From an uncultured Methanoregulaceae archaeon (GTDB taxonomy: Archaea; Halobacteriota; Methanomicrobia; Methanomicrobiales; Methanospirillaceae), in contig OY970061.1 of assembly GCA_963705255.1 (NCBI GenBank), positions 1,248,001 to 1,312,000 on the forward strand: a stretch of DNA of 64,000 nt, written 5' to 3'. The translations under genes and the position numbers were made by a program. Below are positions 11,598-20,475 of this stretch, piece after piece; the first letter of the stretch is position 1, and every line of letters starts with the position of its first letter. The notes beneath the pieces are model-generated. The model was not told the origin of the DNA. It saw only the letters and a program-made list of their open reading frames with translations, and did no database searches.

Positions 11598-13412
11598 TTA
11601 CACCACGTCCTGTAATTTCAGCCGGGGGGCTATACCCATGCTCTTCATCTCGTCGAGCAGGAGCTTGAACGCGTAGCTCATCTCGACCGAGTAGATGTCG
11701 GTCTCGTTGCCGCAGGCAAGGCAGCGGGTCATGTTCCGCTTGCGGTCGAGCATCGCGACCATGCCGCAGTGTGCGCAGACATATTCCTGCACCTTGTCCG
11801 ACTCGTCGAGCAGGCGTTCCTTGAGGGCCATGGCGGCCCCGTGCCCGATCATGACATCCCGCTCCATCTCACCGAACCGGAGACCGCCCTCGCGGGCACG
11901 GCCTTCTGTCGGCTGGCGGGTTAAGACCTGTACCGGTCCGCGGGAGCGGGCATGCATCTTGGACGAGACCATGTGGTAGAGCTTCTGGTAGTAGATCACG
12001 CCGATATAGACATCGGCCTTGAAGACCTTGCCGGTGATGCCGTCATACATGATCTCCCGCCCGTTGTGGGAGAAGCCGAGATTCTTGAGCGAGGCGCGGA
12101 TATCAGCCTCACTCTCTCCCCTGAACGCGGTACCGTTGATGCGGCGTCCTTCGAGAGCGCCGACTTTGCCGCCGATCATCTCGAGCATGTGCCCGATGGT
12201 CATACGGCTCGGGATCGCGTGGGGGTTGATGACGAGGTCGGGTGAGAGCCCGCTCTCGGTGAAGGGCATGTCTTCCTGGTGGGTGATGAGGCCGACGACG
12301 CCTTTCTGCCCGTGCCGGGACGCGAACTTGTCGCCTACTTCCGGGACACGCAGGTCGCGGGTCCGCACTTTCACGAGACGGGAGCTGTTCTCGCCTTCAG
12401 TGATGATGACCGTGTCGACGATACCGTGCTCGTTGCTGCGCATCGTGACGGAGGTGTCGCGGCGCTTCTCGACGGCAATGAGCTCCCCCGACGGTTCTTC
12501 CAGGAACCGGGGCGGGGAAGTCTTGCCGATCAGCACGTCCTTCTCGGCAACAACGGTCTCGGGGTTGATCACCCCGTCTTCATCGAGGTTCTTGTACGAG
12601 TCGGCACCATGGGCGCCGGCCACGTCCTCTTCGGGGACCTCGATCCGGTCGATCTGGCCGCCCGGGTACCGCCGTTCTTCGCCTTCATAGGTACGGAAGA
12701 AGTGCGAGCGCCCGAGGTCACGCTCGATGGATGCCTTGTTGAAGATGAGGGCATCTTCGATATTGTAGCCTTCGTACGAGAGGATGGCGACCACGAAGTT
12801 CTGTCCCGCCGGGCGGTCGTCCGACCCGATCAGTTCCGAGGTCTGGGTATGGGTGAGCGGCTTCTGCACGTAATGGAGCAGGTGTCCGCGGGTGTCCGGG
12901 CGCAGCTTCATGTTGGCTGCACCGAAGCCGAGCGCCTGCTTGACCATCCCTGCGCCCATCGTGACACGCGGGCTCGCATTGTGCTCCGGGAACGGGACGT
13001 GGGCAGCGCCGATACCGAGGATCAGGGAGGGGTCGATCTCGAGGTGCGTATGGCCCGGGGTCGCGTTCTCCGGGTTCATCGCGACGAGGAGGTCCTCTTC
13101 CTCTTCCGCATCGATGAACTCGATCATCCCCCGCTGGACGAACGAGAGGATGTCGGTCTCTTTCTTCGCCAGTTTCTGGAGGTCCTCTTCCGTGATGAGC
13201 GGTTCGCCGTTCTTCAGCACGATCAGGGGGCGGCGGGCGCGGCCCCGGTCGGTGAGGATCACGACATCCCCGTTGTATTCCTTGTGCGAGACGTTCACTT
13301 CCGGGGATATTGCCCCCTGCCGTCGCATCGTCCGGATGTTTGCAACCAGTGCCTTAGGGTCGTCGACAAGACCGATGAGGGCGCCGTCAACGAATACGCG
13401 TGACTTCTTCAT
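11598..13412 (-). CDS. rpoB1: RNA polymerase subunit B'
   Basis: [24 protein letters not shown]-terminal Zn ribbon. Confidence 0.98.
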   Translation of the reverse strand: MKKSRVFVDGALIGLVDDPKALVANIRTMRRQGAISPEVNVSHKEYNGDVVILTDRGRARRPLIVLKNGEPLITEEDLQKLAKKETDILSFVQRGMIEFIDAEEEEDLLVAMNPENATPGHTHLEIDPSLILGIGAAHVPFPEHNASPRVTMGAGMVKQALGFGAANMKLRPDTRGHLLHYVQKPLTHTQTSELIGSDDRPAGQNFVVAILSYEGYNIEDALIFNKASIERDLGRSHFFRTYEGEERRYPGGQIDRIEVPEEDVAGAHGADSYKNLDEDGVINPETVVAEKDVLIGKTSPPRFLEEPSGELIAVEKRRDTSVTMRSNEHGIVDTVIITEGENSSRLVKVRTRDLRVPEVGDKFASRHGQKGVVGLITHQEDMPFTESGLSPDLVINPHAIPSRMTIGHMLEMIGGKVGALEGRRINGTAFRGESEADIRASLKNLGFSHNGREIMYDGITGKVFKADVYIGVIYYQKLYHMVSSKMHARSRGPVQVLTRQPTEGRAREGGLRFGEMERDVMIGHGAAMALKERLLDESDKVQEYVCAHCGMVAMLDRKRNMTRCLACGNETDIYSVEMSYAFKLLLDEMKSMGIAPRLKLQDVV

Positions 13413-14977
13413 CAGGCCTCACCCCGGATATGCTCGACACCAAGGTTATGCAGGATGCGCATGATCTCTTCCTCGTCGTCGACACCCTTGCTGATCTCCA
13501 CCATCTGGGCAAAGTTCTTGACAAGACCGCAGTTCGGCCCTTCGGGGGTCTCGCTCGGGCAAATCCGGCCCCACTGGGTCGGGTGCAGGTCACGGGCCTC
13601 GAAGTGGGGCTGTGAGCGGGAGAGCGGGGAGATCACGCGGCGGAGGTGCGAGAGCACGGCCATGTGGTCGACCCGGTCGAGGAGCTGCGATACCCCGGTC
13701 CTCCCGCCAACCCAGTTGCCGGTGGCGAGCGGGTGGAGGAGGCGTTCGGTCAGGACATCGGCACGCACGGCAGTCGCAATGGACAGGTCGCGGTGGCGCA
13801 TGCTCGCCCGTTCGAGCTGGTACTTGATGTCGCGGGTAAGGCGGTTGAGGGAGATACGGAAGAGGTCCTCCATCAGGTCGCCCGCGAGTTTCAGCCGCTT
13901 GTTCGAGTAGTGGTCCTTGTCATCGATCCTGCGCTTGTTCAGCACAAGATCGAAACATGCCTCTGCCATGCGGCCGAGGAAATGGGCCTTTGCGAGCCTG
14001 ACGGAGAGGACTGCTTCCTGGTAGCCCTCGTCGCCTTCCTTGAGGTTTGCCGGCAGGGAATAGTTGAGGTGCGGCAGGAGGTAGTTGTCCAGCACGAACT
14101 CGGCCCTCTTGCGCTGGTAGTCCCGGGTCTGGTTCGGCGCAAGCTTCTTGCCCACGTACATGATGCCGCCTTCGACCGAGTCACACTCGCTCTCTTCAAG
14201 GTTCTGCATCATGAACGTCAGGATGTCCTCGTCGGTCGAGACTGCGTTGACGACTTCCTGGTCATTGGTCATACCCAGCGCCCGCATCAGGTCCACGAAT
14301 TTCAGGTGCCCGGCAACCGACGGGAACGAGACCTCGAGCAGGTTCTTCTTGTTCCGCTCCACGACAACCAGTGCACGGTAGCCGCGGAACTGCGAGAACA
14401 CCTTTGCGACATAGATGCGCTCATTGTACCGCTCGGTGAACTCGGTCATGATCTTGTTGGACGCGAGGTCCTCAAGCGTCATGAGCACGCGCTCGGTCCC
14501 GTTCACGATGAAATACCCGCCCGCGTCGAACGCGTCCTCGCCATGGGCGACGCGCTGTGCATCGTCCATGCCGTAGAGGTTGCAGGCCAGCGATCCGACC
14601 ATGATGGGGAGCTGCCCGATCGTGGTGACGATCGGTTCCTCCCGGTCACTGCCATGCACGAGGGTCAGGCCCAGCTGGATCGGCGCCGCATAGGTAAGGT
14701 TACGAAGACGGGCCTCGCTGGGATAGAGTTCTCCCTGCGAACCGTCCGCTTCCCGAACAAGTGGTTTTTTCACCTCGATAGTGCCGAGCTCAACCCAGAC
14801 CGGTTCATTGTTCTTGCCCCTGTTTTCGATGTCGGTCTCGATGACCCGCTGCTCGTTTACCACTTTCTGGAGATTGTGCTTCAGGAAATAATTGAAGGAG
14901 TCAAGCTGGTGGCGCGCAACATGCTCCCGTGAAAAATATGCCCTCGATAAGATACTTCTGTCAATCAGACTGACCAA
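13412..14977 (-). CDS. rpoB2: RNA polymerase subunit B''
   Basis: [27 protein letters not shown]. Confidence 0.98.
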   Translation of the reverse strand: MVSLIDRSILSRAYFSREHVARHQLDSFNYFLKHNLQKVVNEQRVIETDIENRGKNNEPVWVELGTIEVKKPLVREADGSQGELYPSEARLRNLTYAAPIQLGLTLVHGSDREEPIVTTIGQLPIMVGSLACNLYGMDDAQRVAHGEDAFDAGGYFIVNGTERVLMTLEDLASNKIMTEFTERYNERIYVAKVFSQFRGYRALVVVERNKKNLLEVSFPSVAGHLKFVDLMRALGMTNDQEVVNAVSTDEDILTFMMQNLEESECDSVEGGIMYVGKKLAPNQTRDYQRKRAEFVLDNYLLPHLNYSLPANLKEGDEGYQEAVLSVRLAKAHFLGRMAEACFDLVLNKRRIDDKDHYSNKRLKLAGDLMEDLFRISLNRLTRDIKYQLERASMRHRDLSIATAVRADVLTERLLHPLATGNWVGGRTGVSQLLDRVDHMAVLSHLRRVISPLSRSQPHFEARDLHPTQWGRICPSETPEGPNCGLVKNFAQMVEISKGVDDEEEIMRILHNLGVEHIRGEA

Positions 14978-14985
14978 CCCCGGAA

Positions 14986-15237
14986 TTACTTCTTCGGTCT
15001 CTTGATCGCGAGACGGTACGCCTCGGCTCTGCCAGCCGTATGACTCGTCCGGATAATTCGTATTACATCATCGGCATTTGCGCCGATGGCCTTCACTGCA
15101 GGATCGTCATGGTAAATTTTCGGTAATTGTTCCGTAGTGATGTTGTAGCGGGAGAGCAGCTCCGATACTTCCTCCTCGCTCATGATCTTGTGGTCTGGCA
15201 CCATCACGTGCTTCAACACATTCAGTTTGGTGCTCAA
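14986..15237 (-). CDS. rpoH: RNA polymerase subunit H
   Basis: [21 protein letters not shown]...YR. Confidence 0.97.
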   Translation of the reverse strand: MSTKLNVLKHVMVPDHKIMSEEEVSELLSRYNITTEQLPKIYHDDPAVKAIGANADDVIRIIRTSHTAGRAEAYRLAIKRPKK

Positions 15238-15313
15238 TGAAAAACCCCCTCACAGATGAATAGATTTCCTCTCAAATGCATCACCGCAAAAAACCCACGA
15301 TTTCTCGTGGCAG

Positions 15314-15387
15314 CGGGCCCGGAGGGATTTGAACCCCCGACCACCTGGTTAAAAGCCAGGCGCTCTACCGAACTGAGCTACGAACCC
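15314..15387 (-). tRNA. tRNA-Lys(TTT)
   Basis: Reverse strand GGGTTCGTAGCTCAG...CCTGG-CTTTTAA-CCAGG...GGTTCAAATCCCTCCGGGCCCG. Confidence 0.95.
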
Positions 15388-15501
15388 AAGGGTACTGACT
15401 AAGATGTACAGCATTATAACAATGCCAGAAAACTATATAAAGATTCTCTCTGCACTCCCGGATTACTTCAGACTGGGTCGGGACAGGAGTACCGGATCCT
15501 T

Positions 15502-16132
15502 TCAGGACGGCGGGGGAAAGCGGTCATGGATCTCTTTCACGCGGAGTTCATCAGTATGGATCTTGTCTTCGAGCTTTTTGATTGCAGCCATATCCTCCGC
15601 TGACACTTCCTTCCCGGAAAGGTGCATGCCGCTTGCATTTTTAAGGACGACGAGCAGGTTTTTGTCAACATCGATGCTCTTCCTGAGCGCAGAATACTCA
15701 TCGACGAGACTCGTGTCAAAGCCGGCATCCTTTGCCACCAGCGCTTCGGTCTTCACATTGCTCCTGCGGGTAAAAATACCCTGGATCGACTCGAGGAAGC
15801 TGTGCCGGGTTGACGGGTTTTGAGACGAAATCCTCGATATTCACGCTGTGCTCTGCTGCTTCCTCCGGGGTAATCTTCTTTGCAGAGAACATAAGTACGG
15901 GGAGGTCTTTTGTTACCGGGTTTGCCTTGATCTTACCAAGCGTCTCCCACCCGTCCATGGGTTCCATCATGATATCGAGAAGGATCAGGTCCGGAGTGAC
16001 TGTGGTCAGGACTGATAACGCTTCGTCCCCGCCATGGGTCGGGATCGGTTTGTATCCTTTCCGTTTCAGAAGGGCAACAAGACCATCCACGATGTAGGGA
16101 CTGTCATCGACGATGAGGATTGTGTCATCCAC
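15502..16132 (-). CDS. Response regulator (receiver domain plus helical C-terminal domain), paralog 2; frameshift at ~15795
   Basis: ILIVDD, LLDIMM, FSAK, SKP receiver motifs; the C-terminus in the adjacent frame matches paralog 1. Confidence 0.85.
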
Positions 16133-16260
16133 GGTTTTTGTACCTCACGCATTCCGGATCTGTGTCAGGAAGGGACAGGACGGCAGATAAACGTTCATAA
16201 TCCGGTTACCTGGTATCTGCATGGTTTTCAGGAGTCGGCCTGGACTACGGAAAAGGATAC

Positions 16261-16896
16261 TTATTTTGAAGATGAGCTGCCCGAGAGTTCCCCTTTTATC
16301 TGCTGCAGGCGGCTTTCCTGGAACTTGATATTCATTTCCATGCTTTTGATCGCGCGGGAGATCTCGTCACTGACCCGGACTTTCGCATCATTGAAATTAT
16401 ACGTGGTCTCGAGAATTTTCATGAGGCGTTTGTTGACGTCAATACTCTTGCTGAGGCGGGCGTATTCGGTGATGATCTCGGCATCAAATCCTGACTGCTT
16501 CGCCATGTCCATGTCGGACTTGATCGACTGTCGCCGGTTGAGCACATGCTCGATTGCATCGTAGAGCTCGCGGTGCGTGATGGGTTTTAAGACGTAGTCC
16601 TCGATATAGATTCCGTACTCCTGCGCTTCGGCCGGTGTCAGTTGTTTTGCGGTGAGCATCAGGACCGGGATCTCCTTGGTCTCGGGGTTCTCTTTTATCC
16701 TCTCCAGGGTCTCCCACCCGTCAACCGGTTCCATCATGATATCCAGCAGGATGAGATCAGGAGTGACGGTCTTCAAAATTTCCAGGCACTCCTCACCCCC
16801 GTATGCAGCCACGGTCCTGTACCCGCCCCGTTCGAGCATGGTGACGAACACATCGACAATAAAAGGGCTGTCGTCAACAACAAGGATGGTATACAT
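16261..16896 (-). CDS. Response regulator (receiver domain plus helical C-terminal domain), paralog 1
   Basis: ILVVDD, LLDIMM, LTAK, LKP; no HTH recognisable. Confidence 0.9.
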   Translation of the reverse strand: MYTILVVDDSPFIVDVFVTMLERGGYRTVAAYGGEECLEILKTVTPDLILLDIMMEPVDGWETLERIKENPETKEIPVLMLTAKQLTPAEAQEYGIYIEDYVLKPITHRELYDAIEHVLNRRQSIKSDMDMAKQSGFDAEIITEYARLSKSIDVNKRLMKILETTYNFNDAKVRVSDEISRAIKSMEMNIKFQESRLQQIKGELSGSSSSK

Positions 16897-17255
16897 TACA
16901 ACGCCTCCCCAATCTTCTGAGCAATTTCAAGCATCTGAGCATGGACTTTGTCAGGATCTGCAGTATCACTGATGATGGCTGCAATAAGAAAGTTTTCGCC
17001 AGCCCCCATGACAATGATAGAGGTGTCCTGCGCCCGTACGGTGACCGACATCAGGGACTTCATCTTGACGATGCTGCCGATGGATTCCGCGGATGCAAGT
17101 ATGGTGGCGGAAAGGGCCCCGAACCAGGGTTCATTCAGGTCACGGTCAAAATTTTTTCCTGCGATTATCCCATCCCGGGAAACAAGGGCACATGCTGCAA
17201 CCCCATCTATCGATCGTATCCTCTCAATGAATGAAGAGATCTTCTCTTTTAACAT
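16896..17255 (-). CDS. Roadblock/LC7 (MglB-like) protein
   Basis: GV.ACALVSRDG..., ALSATILASAE pattern; stop overlaps the receiver gene start. Confidence 0.85.
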   Translation of the reverse strand: MLKEKISSFIERIRSIDGVAACALVSRDGIIAGKNFDRDLNEPWFGALSATILASAESIGSIVKMKSLMSVTVRAQDTSIIVMGAGENFLIAAIISDTADPDKVHAQMLEIAQKIGEAL

Positions 17256-17681
17256 GCTCCAGCTCCTGCTGCACTACCCTGTGTAATTGATAATACCAGA
17301 TGGCAACATATATACATATTGTTTTTTTGTTTTTTTGTGGTGCGCCCGTTCGGGGAAAAACGGTATGATTGACTGGGTATCGGACAATTTCTCATGGTAT
17401 CTCGATCCTTTGGTCCTGATATGAATGCGTTTGGATAATAATAAGAGTATTCCTGAAAATAGTTACTTGCCCGCCGGGAGCTGCAGACTGACAGACATGC
17501 AGGATATCCCGTTTCCGCAGGTTCAGCCGGCCTACGGGAGCCCCCGGACAGCCGGATGCTCTCCGGAATCTGGTGAATTATTACCGCCGGGTAACGTGAT
17601 GATTTCCACCGGTGGGGGCCCGCCACGCTTTTCAATATGAATAAATACCTTTTTCCCCAACAAGTTAAAATAAGAATTCTG

Positions 17682-18461
17682 ATGATCCGGTCATATACCA
17701 TCACATCCGGAAAAGGCGGTGTGGGCAAGACCACCATCACGGTCAACCTCGGTATCTCCCTTGCCCTGCTGAACCGGGAGACCTATATCCTTGACGCTGA
17801 TATCGGTATGGCCAACATGGCACTGATCCTCGGGATGGATGATGTGCCGGTCACCCTTCATGAAGTGCTTGCGGGAAAGGCCGATATCGAAAGCGCTATC
17901 TATGAAGGCCCGGCAGGTGTCAAAGTGGTGCCAAGCGGGATCTCCCTGCAGGGGTTCCAGCAGGCCGACCCGGACAAGCTGCGGGACGTTATGCGCAAAC
18001 TTGTCGACCGCTGTGAATACCTCCTCATCGACGCACCGAGCGGGATCTCAAAGGAAGGCGTTGTACCCCTGTCAGTGGCAGATGAGGTCATCCTTGTCGT
18101 AAACCCTGAACTGGCCTCGATGGCTGACGCCCTGAAGACCAAGATCCTCTGCGAAGTGATGGGGGGGCGCGTATACGGGGCTATCCTGAACCGGGCCGGC
18201 ATGGAACACACAGAGCTCCGTTCTCACAGTGTTGAGGACGTTCTGGGCGTCCGGGTCATCGACGTCGTTCCCGAAGACGCAAGTGTACGGCGGGCTGCAG
18301 CGTACAAGACCCCTTGCGTCCTGAAGTACCCCAATGCCGATGCGAGCCGGGCATTCCGGCGGATTGCCGCTCAGATCTGCGGTGTCGAATACCAGGACGA
18401 TACTGCCGGCTCCAGGCAGGAAGGGTTTGTCGACCGGCTTGCACGGGCCGTTTTCCGGTGA
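17682..18461 (+). CDS. minD: MinD-family ATPase
   Basis: Deviant Walker A SGKGGVGKTT, DADIGMAN, IDAP; C-terminal amphipathic GFVDRLARAVFR. Confidence 0.9.
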   Translation: MIRSYTITSGKGGVGKTTITVNLGISLALLNRETYILDADIGMANMALILGMDDVPVTLHEVLAGKADIESAIYEGPAGVKVVPSGISLQGFQQADPDKLRDVMRKLVDRCEYLLIDAPSGISKEGVVPLSVADEVILVVNPELASMADALKTKILCEVMGGRVYGAILNRAGMEHTELRSHSVEDVLGVRVIDVVPEDASVRRAAAYKTPCVLKYPNADASRAFRRIAAQICGVEYQDDTAGSRQEGFVDRLARAVFR

Positions 18462-18480
18462 CACATCTCCAGGTGATACT

Positions 18481-18678
18481 ATGGCATACGAAGGATACAT
18501 GCTGGTGTTGTTCGGGTGCGTTATTGTTGTCCAGCAGTTTATCATTTACCTGATGTATGTGCGGATACGCCAGCTGCTGAACGAGGTTGATTCTATTGCG
18601 GGAAAGATAAGGATCACGGATACCGAGCTGGAAAACCTCATCGGCCGGGTCGAGGAGTTCAAGCGCGGGAAGATCTGA
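18481..18678 (+). CDS. Small single-TM coiled-coil protein (65 aa)
   Basis: GGTGAT RBS-like site, hydrophobic N-terminus, heptad-like tail; directly after minD. Confidence 0.65.
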   Translation: MAYEGYMLVLFGCVIVVQQFIIYLMYVRIRQLLNEVDSIAGKIRITDTELENLIGRVEEFKRGKI

Positions 18679-18763
18679 CACTGTCCCGACCTGATCAGAG
18701 ATGGATCGTTCCTTATCGCATACGATAAGATACATAAGTGATATGCTCCAATAGTACGAGAGC

Positions 18764-18837
18764 GGGGCCATAGGGTAGCCTGGCCATCCTAGGAGACTGG
18801 GGGTCTTCTGACCTGAGTTCAAATCTCAGTGGCCCCA
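18764..18837 (+). tRNA. tRNA-Pro(GGG)
   Basis: Acceptor GGGGCCA/TGGCCCC, anticodon loop CTGGGGG, T-arm CTGAG-TTCAAAT-CTCAG. Confidence 0.93.
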
Positions 18838-18877
18838 TTGTTTTTTCTGATTATTACACCAACGTGGTTATCATAGC

Positions 18878-19732
18878 ATGAAACTCACCGAAACGTGCAT
18901 CGACTGCCTGCTGTCGCGCGTGGTCTTTGAGTGCGAACTCGGGTCGGCTGACCCGGCCTGCACGGAGAAAGCAGTTGCTTCCTGCAGGGAGTTGCTCGAA
19001 TCCATGAAGGATTCATCCCTCCTCCACCCGCAGATTGCCAGTGCCGTGCACCGCGAGGCGTGCCGGATGATCGGGAACCCCGACCCGTTCCGGGAACTGA
19101 AACGTGCGGGGAATGCGGAGGCCCTCGGGGTCTGCAGGAAGGTCCGTCACCGGCTTGCGGGGTTCCGTGACCATGTCCTGGCAACAGTGATCGGGAACAC
19201 GTTCGATTATGCGGTCCGGGACCATGAGGTCACGTCTGACTTTTCCCGGTTTTTTGACGAAGCGTTTGAAAAAGGGCTTGACCGGGATGATACCGGAGCG
19301 ATCCTCGGGCTCTCTTCCCGCGTGGTATACCTCACGGACAACTGCGGGGAGATCGTCTTCGACCGGCTCCTCGTGGATTACCTGAAGGCCCACGGCTCGC
19401 ATGTCACGGTCGCGGTCCGGGACGCCCCTATCCTGAACGACGCAACCATGGAGGACGCTATCGCTTTCGGGTTCAACCGGGTGGCCGACTGCCTGACGAC
19501 CACGGGCGGCGGGGCGGAGATCGGCCTTGATCCGGACAAGATGCCCGCCGATCTTGCACGGGCGATCGACCAGTGCACCATCATCATCTCCAAGGGGATG
19601 GCCAACTACGAATCGCTCACGGGATATGACGACCTTCCGCCGGTCGCCTACCTGATGTGCGTCAAGTGCGAGATGATCGCGGACGATACCGGCATCCCCC
19701 GCGGCTCAAAGATAGCGGTTCTACGAAGGTAA
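18878..19732 (+). CDS. ARMT1-like/DUF89 damage-control phosphatase
   Basis: C..C start, DPF..LK, GN.FD, DNCGEIVFD, NDAT, KGMANYE. Confidence 0.92.
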   Translation: MKLTETCIDCLLSRVVFECELGSADPACTEKAVASCRELLESMKDSSLLHPQIASAVHREACRMIGNPDPFRELKRAGNAEALGVCRKVRHRLAGFRDHVLATVIGNTFDYAVRDHEVTSDFSRFFDEAFEKGLDRDDTGAILGLSSRVVYLTDNCGEIVFDRLLVDYLKAHGSHVTVAVRDAPILNDATMEDAIAFGFNRVADCLTTTGGGAEIGLDPDKMPADLARAIDQCTIIISKGMANYESLTGYDDLPPVAYLMCVKCEMIADDTGIPRGSKIAVLRR

Positions 19733-19798
19733 ACCGCCATCTTCTCATCCTCGCTTCGCTCGGAGTTCGAAGATCGCTGTTCTGCGCAGCGCTAAGAA

Positions 19799-19945
19799 AT
19801 GAACGCAATGTTACGAGAGATCCGGGACACAGTGCCCAAGGTTTCCGAAGAAGAACTCAAGGACACCAGCAAGCGCGGGCTGGTGACTGATAAGGAGAAG
19901 GATTGGACTGACCTGAAAACTACATGGGACCAGTTCGTCGAATAA
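19799..19945 (+). CDS. Putative 48-aa small protein
   Basis: MNAMLREIRDTVPKVSEEELKDTSKRGLVTDKEKDWTDLKTTWDQFVE followed by a T-run. Confidence 0.4.
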   Translation: MNAMLREIRDTVPKVSEEELKDTSKRGLVTDKEKDWTDLKTTWDQFVE

Positions 19946-20073
19946 TTTTTTTAACTTTTTAGAATAACGGGCTCTATAGAAACAAACATGAATAAAAATT
20001 CAAGCAGGAACCATGAAAATCGTATAATTCAGGGATCACGGGAGGTGATCCATCTCTTACTATTGCGATGAAC

Positions 20074-20407
20074 GCCGCCGCAGTCGAAGATTGATATCTT
20101 CTCCACAGCCTTCGGCTGCCCCCAACGGGGAGCCAACCGTGACCAGATGATCAGGGCTGGCTGGAGAAAATTCTCTGAAAGAGATTTTTCAACTCGCCCC
20201 CGCGGCGGATCAATGAAGGAACCTGCCAAAAAACCTTCCTGCCCCGCCGTGCTCGAAGAACCTGATGGTTCTTCTCGACTTCGTAGTTCTGACGAACCAC
20301 TCATCAGTCCAAGATTTTCTTGGGAAAATCTTCTCCAGTCAATCCTCACAGATGCAACGATTGACTCCTCGGAGAAGCCCTGAGGCGGGGAATTCCTCTC
20401 AAAATTT
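20074..20407. repeat. Structured intergenic element, expanded form (GC scaffold plus inserted hairpins)
   Basis: Collinear blocks shared with the reverse complement of 47764..47881. Confidence 0.75.
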
Positions 20408-20475
20408 AACTATTTTGAACGATTTTCGCGGTTCTGACATGAATCAGGATGATTCATAATTATTTCCACAGAGTC

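Noticed and set aside
15314-18837. Integrated element between tRNA-Lys and tRNA-Pro
   Set aside because: No integrase, no duplicated tRNA 3' end, and the genes look native.
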